DNA of 64,000 nucleotides. Source: Macrostomum lignano. Its lineage: Eukaryota. The position numbers and the translations under genes are program-made. Positions 37,872-49,809 of this stretch are shown here, in pieces. The stretch's first letter is position 1. Every line of letters begins with the position of its first letter. The stretch covers positions 1 through 64,000 of the forward strand of contig NIVC01003392.1 of assembly GCA_002269645.1 (NCBI GenBank), given 5' to 3'. The notes beneath the pieces are model-generated. The model ran no database searches. It worked only from the letters and a program-made list of their open reading frames with translations, and was not told the origin of the DNA.

Positions 37872-40800
37872 GAACTACCAAGGGGGGGGGAAAAATTTCC
37901 CCCCCCCCTGACAATTTTTTTTGCTGCGCCGGAACGGAGCAACGCAGACACACAAAATTCAAGAACACGGGCTAACTTTTTGTTGCGCACCTTCTCAAAC
38001 AAGAATCAAGTCGCCAGCCCTCCGGACCGTCGAGATATTCGACGATTCTGCCAGAAGGTCGGATTTTTCCCATAAGCGCTAGTGTATTCAGTACACCCCT
38101 GTGCGCCAATCAGCACTGCGCCTCAGTGCAGCCTTGCCAAGTCTCCAAATTTCATCAGCACGTCGACCACATGTGTCTGCATCAGCTCTGACTTCGTTGG
38201 TCACTAGCCTTCACCCAGGCGGAGCTTCTGGACCTTCAACAGGTGGCACCAAGTGACTATGGACACTCTGATACGAATTTCTCGAGTTTCGCTGATCAAG
38301 CCTCGACAGTGGGCATACCTCAACTGCTAGGTATCCTCAGCTAGTCTCTCGAGCCTTCCATCATCACCCCGACGCCGTCGGCACCTTCAACGGATTACAC
38401 CAGGTGACTATGAACACCCTGATGCAAATTTCTCTAGTTTCGCTGATCAAGCCTTGCCAATGGGCAAGCCTCAACCGCGAAACATCTTCAGCTAGTCTCT
38501 CAAGCATTCAGTCATCACCCCGACGCCGTCGGCACCTTCAACAGATGACACCAGGCGACTATGAACTTTGATGCGAATTTCTCTAGTTTCGCTGATCAAG
38601 CCTCGACAGTGAGCAAGCCTCAACTTCTGGACACCCTCAGCTAGTCTCTCAAGCATTCCGTCATCATCCCGACGCCGTCGGCACCTTCAACAGGTGGCAC
38701 CAGGTGACTATGAACACCTTGATGCGAACTTCTCGAGTTTCACCGATCAAGCCTCGACAGTAGGCAAGCCTCAACTGCCGGACACCCTCAGCTAGTCTCT
38801 CAAGCATTCCGTCATCATCCCGACGCCGTCGGCACCTTCAACAGGTGGCACCAGGTGACTATGAACACCTTGTTGCGAACTTCTCGAGTTTCACCGATCA
38901 AGCCTCGACAGTAGGCAAGCCTCAACTGCCGGATACCCTCAGCTAGTCTCTCAAGCATTCAGTCATCACTCGGACGCCGTCGGCACCTTCAACAGATGAC
39001 ACCAGGTGACTATGAACACCTTGATGCGAACTTCTCGAGTTTCACCGATCAAGCCTCGACAGTAGGCAAGCCTCAACTGCCGGATACCCTCAGCTAGTCT
39101 CTCAAGCATTCCGTCATCATCCCGACGCCGTCGGCACCTTCAACAGGTGGCACCAGGTGACTATGAACACCTTGATGCGAACTTCTCGAGTGAAGTGACG
39201 GTTCATTGGTTTGCTAGCATGGGTAACTGTGTGCGGTTTTTTGCTTAACTTTATTCTGCTAACTCAGTCACTTTGCAATTCAGTGCAATTCAGTGTACAT
39301 CGTTGCTCTAGCCTTGCCTCGCCCCTTAAGTCCCTCCACTTGCTCAATCATGCAGTGCATCAATATAGTTCAATACTCCACTTCAATATTTTCAATAGTC
39401 GCAATATTTAAACCATTGCTCTCGATCTGTGTCTCGTCAAGCAACTTAGACTATTCTACTACTGCAAATATATCGCAAGAATTTATACTCGTTCAAACAA
39501 CATTCGATTCCTGACTTTCGCGTCACGTCATCGAGTTTCACCGATCAAGCCTCGACAGTGGGCAAGCCTCAACTGCTGGACATCCTCAGCTAGTCTCTCA
39601 AGCATTCCGTCATCATCCGGACGCCGTCGGCTCTTTCAACAGATGACACCAGGGGAGTAAGGACACCTGAGCGTGATTTTTCATCATGCTCTTAACATTT
39701 CTGAAGCTCTCAAAATTTTTCAAGCACGGACATTGCTATAGTTCAGCTTGAACTCATGTTGCTGTATATTTATATTATTATTACACATACTTTTATGCAT
39801 ACGAGCTACATACATATTTTATTCGAAAAGCTGTTTAGTTTATTCAGCTATAATATTGAACCCAATGCAGAAAGGGTTATGCTTTTAAAAAGCCAGTAAA
39901 TTCAGTCGGTTTTTTCATTTTTTAATGATTCAGAAATGTTAAGAGCATGATGAAAAATCACGCTCACGTGTCATTACTCCCCTGGTGCCACCTGTTGAAG
40001 GTGCCGACGGCGTCGGGGTGATGACGGAATGCTTGACTGACTAGCTGAGGATGTCCGGCAGTTGAGGCTTGCCTACTGTCGAGGCTTGATCGGTGAAACT
40101 CGAGAAGTTCGCATCAAGGTGTTCATAGTCACCTGGTGCCACCTGTTGAAGGTGCCGACGGCGTCGGGGTGATGACTGAATGTTTGAGAGACTAGCTGAA
40201 GATGTTTCGCGGTTGAGGCTTGCCCATTGGCAAGGCTTGATCAGCGAAACTAGAGAAATTTGCATCAGGGTGTTCATAGTCACCTGGTGTAATCCGTTGA
40301 AGGTGCCGACGGCGTCGGGATGATGACGGAATGCTTGAGAGACTAGCTGAGGGTGTCCGGCAGTTGAAGCTTGCCTACTGTCGAGGCTCGATCGGTGAAA
40401 CTCGAGAAGTTCGCATCAAGGTGTTCATAGTCACCTGGTGCCACCTGTTGAAGGTGCCGACGGCGTCGGGATGATGACGGAATGCTTGAGAGACTAGCTG
40501 AGGGTATCCGGCAGTTGAGGCTTGCCTACTGTCGAGGCTTGATCGGTGAAACTCGAGAAGTTCGCATCAAGGTGTTCATAGTCACCTGGTGTCATCTGTT
40601 GAAGGTGCCGACGGCGTCCGAGTGATGACTGAATGCTTGAGAGACTAGCTGAGGGTATCCGGCAGTTGAGGCTTGCCTACTGTCGAGGCTTGATCGGTGA
40701 AACTCGAGAAGTTCGCATCAAGGTGTTCATAGTCACCTGGTGTAATCCGTTGAAGGTGCCGACGGCGTCGGGGTGATGATGGAAGGCTCGAGAGACTAGC

Positions 40801-41266
40801 TGAGGATACCTAGCAGTTGAGGTATGCCCACTGTCGAGGCTTGATCAGCGAAACTCGAGAAATTCGTATCAGAGTGTCCATAGTCACTTGGTGCCACCTG
40901 TTGAAGGTCCAGAAGCTCCGCCTGGGTGAAGGCTAGTGACCAACGAAGTCAGAGCTGATGCAGACACATGTGGTCGACGTGCTGATGAAATTTGGAGACT
41001 TGGCAAGGCTGCACTGAGGCGCAGTGCTGATTGGCGCACAGGGGTGTACTGAATACACTAGCGCTTATGGGAAAAATCCGACCTTCTGGCAGAATCGTCG
41101 AATATCTCGACGGTCCGGAGGGCTGGCGACTTGATTCTTGTTTGAGAAGGTGCGCAACAAAAAGTTAGCCCGTGTTCTTGAATTTTGTGTGTCTGCGTTG
41201 CTCCGTTCCGGCGCAGCAAAAAAAATTGTCAGGGGGGGGGAAATTTTTCCCCCCCCTTGGTAGTTC
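37872..41266. mobile_element. Foldback-type non-autonomous element: 3.4-kb inverted repeat with modular arms (about 360-bp unique terminus + 151-bp tandem units + inner segment) around a 223-bp spacer
   Basis: GAACTACCAAGGGGG... at 37872 is the reverse complement of ...CCCCCTTGGTAGTTC ending at 41266. Unique arms 37872-38240 and 40900-41266 match. 151-bp units start at 38250, 38401, 38552, 38701, 38852, 39003 and 39154, and occur inverted at about 39990-40900. Inner IR 39640-39705 pairs with 39929-39990. Confidence 0.93.
39191..39530 (-). mobile_element. Solo LTR (340 bp) inserted in the left arm of the foldback element
   Basis: TG...CA termini with 10-bp imperfect IR (TGAAGTGACG / CGTCACGTCA). 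5-bp TSD TCGAG at 39186-39190 and 39531-39535. Minus strand has TATAAAT near 39487 and AATAAA at 39255-39250. It interrupts a 151-bp unit that resumes exactly after the TSD. Confidence 0.8.
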
Positions 41267-41605
41267 GACGGGCGGAAAAATGGCTTGGTATTCCTACTGT
41301 TAATGGGATATTTTGTGCATTCAAATCCCCAAGGCTGGTTAGGCAGGGGGGGGGGCTTGAATGCAGAATTTTCTTATCTACAGCTGGCCAGTTATACAGG
41401 GGACTGGGAGGCGCAATAAAACGGCTGTTGGGGACACTTCAGGATAAATAAACATGAATTTTGCTTCCACTGTTTGGGATAAACTCTTCAATGCGGTTTC
41501 GGTTTATAGCGACTCTGACGGGTGGCTGCGCTGTCCTTGCAGCCGTACTGGCTTGTGCACTTTTATTTCGCAGTGTGGCTCGCTTGCATTTTATAGTGAT
41601 TTCAG

Positions 41606-42407
41606 AATCGCCCTCTCACCAACTCAAGAATCGCCCCTCACCAACTAAAGAATCGCCCTCTCACCAACTCAAGAATCGCCCTCTCACCAACTTAAGAATC
41701 GCCCCTCACCAACTCAAGAATCGCCCTCTCACCAACTCAAGAATCGCCATCTCACCAACTCAAGAATTGCCATCTCACCAACTCAAGAATTGCCATCTCA
41801 CCAACTCAAGAATCGCCCTCTCACCAACTTAAGAATCACCCTCTCACCAACTCAAGAATCGCCCTCTCACCAACTCAAGAATCGCCCTCTCACCAACTCA
41901 AGAATCGCCCCTCACCAACTAAAGAATCGCCCTCTCACCAACTCAAGAATCGCCCTCTCACCAACTTAAGAATCGCCCCTCACCAACTCAAGAATCGCCC
42001 TCTCACCAACTCAAGAATCGCCATCTCACCAACTCAAGAATTGCCATCTCACCAACTCAAGAATTGCCATCTCACCAACTCAAGAATCGCCCTCTCACCA
42101 ACTTAAGAATCACCCTCTCACCAACTCAAGAATCGCCCTCTCACCAACTCAAGAATCGCCCTCTCACCAACTCAAGAATCGCCCCTCACCAACTCAAGAA
42201 TCGCCCTCTCCAACTCAAGAATCGCCCTCTCACCAACTTAAGAATCGCCCCTCACCAACTCAAGAATCGCCCTCTCCAACTCAAGAATCGCCCTCTCACC
42301 AACTCAAGAATCGCCCTCTCACCAACTCAAGAATCGCCCCTCACCAACTCAAGAATCGCCCTCTCACCAACTCAAGAATCGCCCTCTCACCAACTCAAGA
42401 ATCGCCC
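41606..42407. repeat. 21/23-bp minisatellite (AAGAATCGCCCTCTCACCAACTC) running up to the exon 3 acceptor
   Basis: About 35 visible units. Confidence 0.97.
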
Positions 42408-42423
42408 CGCCCCCCACCCGCAG

Positions 42424-43217
42424 CCTGGACACCCAGAAGTCGGTGCTGTCCACCAGAAGCCAGACAGACCGCGAGCTGCCTCCAGTGCCTGCCGCTGAAG
42501 CCGTGGACCTGCCACCCTCTGCCGCTTCGTCCTCGCCTCGCCTTCCGCCACCGCCTCCCCCTCCTCCAGACTCCAGGGGCGCGCTATCATCCTGCGGACT
42601 GCTCCGCAGGCATCTGACCGACATCCCTTTGCCAGCTTTTGCCCAGCGCCTCGCCAACGGTTCGCTTCGCAAGCAGGCTCGAAACTCGAAGTCCGCCCAG
42701 CCCGACCAGCCGCCTGTGGCGTTTCTTCTGTCGGCAGCATCGCCGCCAGCGCCCGCTGATGCTGCTGAAGCTTGCGCAGCTGACGCCCCGGTCACTGCGG
42801 TGGGCTTGCCGACTGCGGTGTCGGTGTACACCATCGACAGCGATCTGACCAGCGAGGCCGATCCGCTGTACACCTCGCTGGGACCGGGACAGCAGCAGCA
42901 GGCTCAGCGAACTCAGCACCATAGCAACAGTGCAGCTGGCCATCATCATCACCATGAGCATATTTACGCCAGCATCAGCAGGGCTACTCCGCATCAGTAC
43001 GACTCTGCGGCATCCGATTCCGACGGCTTGGGGACTGCCGCTAGATCCACCATCAATGCTGCTGCTGCTGCTGCTCCGCCTCCGCTACCGCCGTTGCCAA
43101 GGCGTAACTATGGACGCGAAGAGGTGGATAGGATTCTGCAGATGCAGCAGCAGCAGCTGCAACAACAGCAGCAGCAGGGACCGACTTACTATTCGAGTAT
43201 CGAGTTGGATGCTAGTG
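42424..43217 (+). CDS. Exon 3 of the TM adaptor-like gene (Pro/Ala/Gln/His-rich, several Tyr motifs)
   Basis: Acceptor ccgcag at 42423, phase 2 (AG+C=Ser), in frame with the 280-aa ORF. Motifs LYTSL, IYASI, PPLPPLPRR, TYYSSI. Donor G|gtaaat at 43218, phase 1. Confidence 0.85.
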
Positions 43218-43339
43218 GTAAATTGCTCTATTGTGCATATTTTCTGTCTGTTAGTTTCATATTTATAGAGTTAGAAGTAGATTAAGGGAATATACTCGTA
43301 GATTGAATGAGTGGTAGATTGAAAGACAGGCAGATTGAG

Positions 43340-44772
43340 AGGTAGAGTGAGAGAGGTAGAGTGAGTGAGAGGTAGAGTGAGTGAGAGGTAGAGTGAGTGA
43401 GAGGTAGAGTGAGTGAGAGGTAGAGTGAGTGAGAGGTAGAGTGAGTGAGAGGTAGAGTGAGTGAGAGGTAAAGTGTGAGAGAGTTAGAGTTTGAGAGATT
43501 TAGAGTTGGAGAGATGTAGAGTGGGAGAGATGTAGAGTGGGAGAGATGTAGAGTGGGAGAGAGGTAGAGTGGGAGAGAGGTAGAGTAGGAGAGAGGTTGA
43601 GTGAGGGAGACGTAGATTAAGTGAGAGGTAGAGTGAGTGAGAGGTAGAGTGAGTGAGAGGTAGAGTGAGTGAGAGGTAAAGTGTGAGAGAGTTAGAGTTT
43701 GAGAGATGTAGAGTGGGAGAGATGTAGAGTGGGAGAGATGTAGAGTGGGAGAGATGTAGAGTGGGAGAGATGTAGAGTGGGAGAGAGGTAGAGTGGGAGA
43801 GATGTAAAGTGGGAAAGAGGTAGAGTGGGAAATAGGTAAAGTGGGAGAGAGGTAGAGTGCGAGAGAGGTAGAGTGGGAGAGAGGTAGAGTGGGAGAGATG
43901 TAGAGTGGGAGAGATGTAGAGTGGGAGAGAGGTAGAGTGGGAGAGAGGTAGAGTGGGAGAGATGTTGAGTGAGGGAGACGTAGATTAAGTGAGAGGTAGA
44001 GTGGGAGAGATGTAGAGTGGGAGAGATGTAGAGTGGGAGAGATGTAGAGTGGGAGAGATGTTAAGTGAGGGAGACGTAGATTAAGTGAGAGGTAGAGTGG
44101 GAGAGAGGTTGAGTGAGGGAGACGTAGATTAAGTGAGAGGTAGAGTGGGAGAGAGGTAAAGTGGGAGAGATGTAGAGTGGGAGAGAGGTAGAGTGGGAGA
44201 GAGGTAGAGTGGGAGAGATGTAGAGTGGGAGAGATGTAGAGTGGGAGAGAGGTAGAGTGGGAGAGAGGTAGAGTGGGAGAGAGGTAGAGTTGGAGAGAGG
44301 TAGAGTATGAGAGAGGTAGAGTGGGAGAGAGGTAGAGTGGGAGAGAGGTAGAGTGGGAGAGAGGTAGAGTAGGAGAGATGTAGAGTGGGAGAGAGGTAGA
44401 GTGAGGGAGACGTAGATTAAGTGAGAGGTAGAGTGGGAGAGAGGTTGAGTGAGGGAGACGTAGATTAAGTGAGAGGTAGAGTGGGAGAGAGGTAGAATGG
44501 GAGAGAGGTAAAGTGGGAGAGATGTAGAGTGGGAGAGAGGTAGAGTGGGAGAGAGGTAGAGTGGGAGAGATGTAGAGTGGGAGAGATGTAGAGTGGGAGA
44601 GAGGTAGAGTGGGAGAGAGGTAGAGTGGGAGAGAGGTAGAGTTGGAGAGAGGTAGAGTATGAGAGAGGTAGAGTGGGAGAGAGGTAGAGTGGGAGAGAGG
44701 TAGAGTAGGAGAGATGTAGAGTGGGAGAGAGGTAGAGTGAGGGAGACGTAGATTAAGTGAGAGGTAGAGTGG
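43340..44772. repeat. 14-bp purine-rich minisatellite (GAGAGGTAGAGTGG)
   Basis: About 100 visible units with variants. Confidence 0.98.
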
Positions 44773-45509
44773 GGGTCATGGGTCACCTGAATTCAGAACT
44801 GCAGTTTCCAATGCCTATGTTTATTGGCCACAGCGCGCATTGCAGTTGGTAACGCAGCTCGAATGTGCACGAATATACTGAACTGCGGAGAAGCGAATTC
44901 GCTGAATCGGGTCAAATTTATTTTTCTGTTAAAAAGGTATTTTCTTTCTATGCCAGCGCAGCCTATTGAAGCTGGCAATTCGCTCCGAAAAGTTCAAATT
45001 CGAATAAATTATTTATATTGCTGATTCTGCTGCCGAGATTCGCGCACAAATTTATCAAGGGTGGGAAATTAGGGTGAGCACATAATGATATAGCTTCTCT
45101 TATCATATATGCATATGTATTTGATTTAGTTCCACCCTTATGAGTTTCTGAGATTTATCAATTTTCTTTCTGGCAATTCCTCGCCCTAGCCAAGGCGAGG
45201 CTGCATGCTTTATATTTTCTTCAATCTCTTTCACAAGAGGAGTCTGTGATTAATTATTTTTTCTCCCGAGGATAGGCGATAGGCTGGTTGCGCTGCTGTT
45301 GACTGCGCCACTGCTCTCACCCAGTGTGCACTCCGTGCCGTGCTGCTCCAGTCGCTTCGTGAACTTGGTTTGACCTCGCTAAGGTTCTCAGGCTCTTAGA
45401 GACTGAAGCTCTAATGTACTCCAGCTCTCAGATGCTCAAATACTCTTAGATACTTAGACTCTAAGGTACTCAGACACTAAGATCTCTGACACTCAGACAG
45501 TAAGACACT

Positions 45510-46416
45510 TGGACACTATGAAACCCATAGACTAAGCCTATCGGACACTAGGAAACCTATCGGACACTAGGAAACCTATCGGACACTAGGAAACCTATCA
45601 GACACTAGGAAACCTATCGGACACTAGGAAACCTATCAGACACTAGGAAACCTATCGGACACTAGGAAACGTATCAGACACTAGGAAACCTATCGGACAC
45701 TAGGAAACCTATCAGACACTAGGAAACCTATCGGACACTAGGAAACGTATCAGACACTAGGAAACCTATCGGACACTAGGAAACCCATAGACTAAGTCTA
45801 TCGGACACTATGAAACCCATACACTAAGCCTATCGGACACTAGGAAACCCATAGACTAAGCCTATCGGACACTAGGAAACCCATAGACTAAGCCTATCGG
45901 ACACTAGGAAACCCATAGACTAAGCCTATCGGACACTAGGAAACCCATAGACTAAGCCTATCGGACACTAGGATACCCATAGACTAAGCCAATCGGACAC
46001 TAGGAAACCCATAGACTAAGCCTATCGGACACTAGGAAACCCATAGACTAAGCCTATCGGACACTAGGAAACCCATAGACTAAGCCAATCGGACACTAGG
46101 AAACCCATAGACTAAGCCTATCGGACACTAGGAAACCCATAGACTAAGACACTCGGACACTAGGAAACCCATAGACTAAGCCTATCGGACACTAGGAAAC
46201 CCATAGACTAAGACACTCGGACACTAGGAAACCCATAGACTAAGACACTCGGACACTAGGAAACCCATAGACTAAGCCTATCGGACACTAGGAAACCCAT
46301 AGACTAAGACACTCGGACAATAGGAAACCCATAGACTAAGACACTCGGACAATAGGAAACCCATAGACTAAGACACTCGGACAATAGAAAACCCATAGAC
46401 TAAGACACTCGGACAC
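45510..46416. repeat. Compound minisatellite: 19-bp (CGGACACTAGGAAACCTAT) and 32-bp (CGGACACTAGGAAACCCATAGACTAAGCCTAT) units
   Basis: 19-mers at about 45541-45780, 32-mers at about 45780-46416. Confidence 0.97.
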
Positions 46417-47329
46417 TAAAAGACAGACGGCCCGTGCAGACTATAATCTTCTCAAATTTTTAAGGCAGTCACCCAGTTTTATAGTTAGTCACAACAGTGC
46501 GTCTTTTCTGTGTCTGGTTTAGTCCTGTAAATGATGAGCTGACGCAAGCTGACTGGTAGATGGATCGATTCTCTCCGTTCGCGGTCACAGCTGTGATGTT
46601 AGGAGGCGGCTCTGGTTTATCACGAATTTTGGACTGACGGGAATTTTCTAAATAAATCGTGGAGCGAGGGGATTTTAAAATATATACTGTATATTGCTGA
46701 CTTCCCATCTACTATTTTTTTCGGCTGGCTAATAGCAGAATTCTCAAATGATTTCCCAGGAGATTTATATTGATGAAATCCTTTGTGGCCAGTCAGTTTC
46801 ACGAATAATGCTCTGAATTATGCTGTTTTGTTTTACTTGCAGTTTCTATAAAAATAGGGTAGCTTGACAAATCTGAAAGCAGCCAACTAGCTGCTTCTAT
46901 GCAGGCAAATGAGGGCTAATGGAGCGTTGCTTTTGTAGCCCCTCCCCTCCGCTGCTCAGGTAATGAGCGACTGGAGATGTGAGGAGAGGAAAAAGAGAGA
47001 GAAACGCTGGACAAAACTGTTTGGGCTATGCAGGAAGAGCAAATCTTGAAATGCTAGTTAGGAATAAACTTTGGAGGAAGGAAAAGTCCCACAGCACGTA
47101 TGTAAGCTGTGGTTCTTATTTCTGTGCAAGAAATTGACTCAAACATGCGAGATTCGGATGCACAGCAGAGCTCGTGACCGAAATAGATGGAATGCGATAG
47201 CAACAATAATCATAATTGATTGCACCTGCCCCAATTGAGCCAAATGTGCAACCGACAGCTCAGCCGCAGCTATTGCGCGCCGCATCTGAAGGCTGCGTAC
47301 GGCTGTTCAGTCCAAGGCCTGGGGGGGTC

Positions 47330-47512
47330 GCCACACACCCTGAATTACCCCAGCTAATGCTGGCACCCATTTTACAGCTGGGTGAGCTGAAGCAATGCAG
47401 AGTTAAGTGTCTTTTGCTAAAGGACACAAATTGTTCCGAGTGGGTTGAGAATCGAACCCCCGACCTTTCAGTCGTGAGTCCGACGCTCTGACCACTGGGC
47501 TACAACGATAGC
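47330..47512 (-). mobile_element. tRNA-derived SINE with a CORE-like central domain
   Basis: Minus strand reads TAGCCCAGTGGTCAGAGCG (A box), CTCACGA loop and GGTTCGATTC (B box), then TGTGTCCTTTAGCAAAAGACACTTAAC...CTGTAAAATGGG, which resembles the MIR/CORE consensus as I recall it. There is no acceptor-stem pairing. Confidence 0.75.
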
Positions 47513-49809
47513 AAGCAAGCAGAAACGCGAAGGCACAATTCTACTAGCAATACACATGCATAAAAGGTTTGCTTTGCTGGCAGCGGGCAAAATGGACGGA
47601 AAATATTGAAGGCACTGGAGTAGGATATGGTGCGGGCTTAAAAGTGCAGATCGCAGATCAGCAGGCAGATGGTTTCGCGTGTTCGACCACAAGGCCTGCG
47701 TAGACAGATGCTGGAATCGGCTGAATAATGGTATCAGTATCGTGCGAATATGGATCACATATTCCCACGAGGGGGGATTTCAAAATGCAGGCAGAAGGGG
47801 TTTTAACTTGGAGCTGCCTCTTTGACAAAAAAAGCCTTATGTATAGTGTAAGCTCACTCCTGTCCAGCATGCCTAGCAAATCTCATCACAGAATAACCAC
47901 CAGAGCAACTGCAGCCAGCGAAGATAGGTCTGTTTGCTAACTTTTACAAGTAACGCCATATAATAACCAATGACTACAGGTTGTTGTAATTTTTGCTACA
48001 GCCTGTCAATCTAGCTAGTTATACAATCTAAAGTCTAATGTACAGCCATTCAGCTGGTTGGATCTTCTCGGCTGGACAAGTTTTGAATTGCAGAGGCGCG
48101 CTGCTGAACTGGCAGATATAGTCTATGGCCAGTCCTCTTGATCGCGCCAGCAGGAAATATATATTTTTATTTTCAAGCTTCGTCGCGACAGACATGAATA
48201 GAGAGTTATTGAGAACAAATTCCAGATCGTTTTGAGAAAGTCTGGGGAAGACATGACTGTTCTAAAAGTCTACAGAAAGAGTCAAGTTCAACTTTCAAGT
48301 TTTTAATAAATAATAATTATTAGAAAACTACAACTTCCGATATGTTGTGTAGAAAACTTTATACACTGCGAAAGTTAATAAAAATTTCAAATTGCACACA
48401 ATTTTAGTGCAGTTTTCTTCCCTGCTGTAGCTTAGCTGCTTAATTGTGCGTTCACGATTAGTCAGTGATCCCGTGGATTAGTTCACACTTCTACGAGTAT
48501 CTCTCCCGTTTACGAAGGCCGTGCTTAAGTAATCCTTATTATTTGTCATGTGACGTTTTCATAGAAGATCCCACGATTAACGAAAAAAGTTTAGCCTTTT
48601 AGTCCGCGTTATTTGGTAGTAGAACGAAAATTTAATTCTGGAGCCGATTTTATGAAAAATATCATAATTATTGCGTTTCATGAAGACGAGTGACAATTGG
48701 CAATTTGTCAAGTCGTTTTTGCCGATTTTTGGCCATAGACAACACAAGTTTAGCTTCAGCACTATCGAAGGGTCCCACTTGTCAATGACAAGTCTACAAA
48801 ATTCAAAATTCTAGGGTTCAAAGCCAAGGTTTATAGCCTTAGAAGAAGGATTGTAGGGTCTAGGTTGACCCATAGACTGCGCAACTATAGTGTGGGAACT
48901 ACACGCCAACCGTTCGGCCAATTTTCGGACACAAGCCCCAAATGAATAAATGAGTTTTAGAGTGCACTGAATCCTGCAAATTTATGGACACAAAACGTTT
49001 TATAGACGATTTGTGCGAAGGAAAATCCCACTTTTATCCCAGCTAGCGCTGGACATTCCAGTCTTGGCGTTGCACCTGGAATTTGGGTTAAAATCCTGCC
49101 GCATTTCTTTATAAACGAAAGTATTTGCCGCAAGGATTTACAGTCAGGCCTTTTGCTTCCATCATTCCGGCATTTCACGTGCCTTGGCTCACTGCCAGTG
49201 GATGGGGAGCGGCTTCTGCGCCCACAACCGCCGCCCCACTCCTATAACCAAGGATGCCTCCTGTGAACTAGTGCATAGTATCCAGGCCACGCGGCAGTTT
49301 CCAAGCTAGTAGATTTCGACAAGTTTAGCTGAACAGTGAAGCGAAGACGAGGTTTTCGGCTCTAAGAAGAAATGTCAAAACTGGACCATGCGCCTCACCC
49401 TGCTGAAGAATGCATGGAGACAGGGAGAGAAATATCGTAATTATAAGTCTACTAAAGTGCAGCTCCGATATTGATTATGATTATATATTGACGGGCACGG
49501 AGTCTGGCCTATCTATCATCAATGCATCGATTGATTGATTAATTGTTTTTGCATGCAAGCTGCGGAAAAGAGTGACAACTCAACGCTGAATAAACAAGAA
49601 AAAATTTCCTTTGTTGAAATTCTGTTCCTGTTGCAGCGTAAGCAGCAAGTTATAAAAGATTTTTTTCAACTAATGATTTTTTAGGCTAGTAGACTTTTGC
49701 TAAGTACATTAGCGTTTTATCACTAATATTTTATGAAACTGTCCCACTTCTCGTCTGCATTCTCTTCTCCCCCTCAATATCTCCTCTTTTCTTGCCATTT
49801 CACTGAGCC

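Noticed and set aside
38250-40900. Peptide-like readings of the 151-bp units (e.g. PGDYEHLDANFSSF)
   Set aside because: The unit length is not a multiple of 3 and each unit contains stops.
47440-47512. tRNA-Val(CAC)-like sequence
   Set aside because: The acceptor stem does not pair and it continues into a SINE body, so it is called a SINE head.
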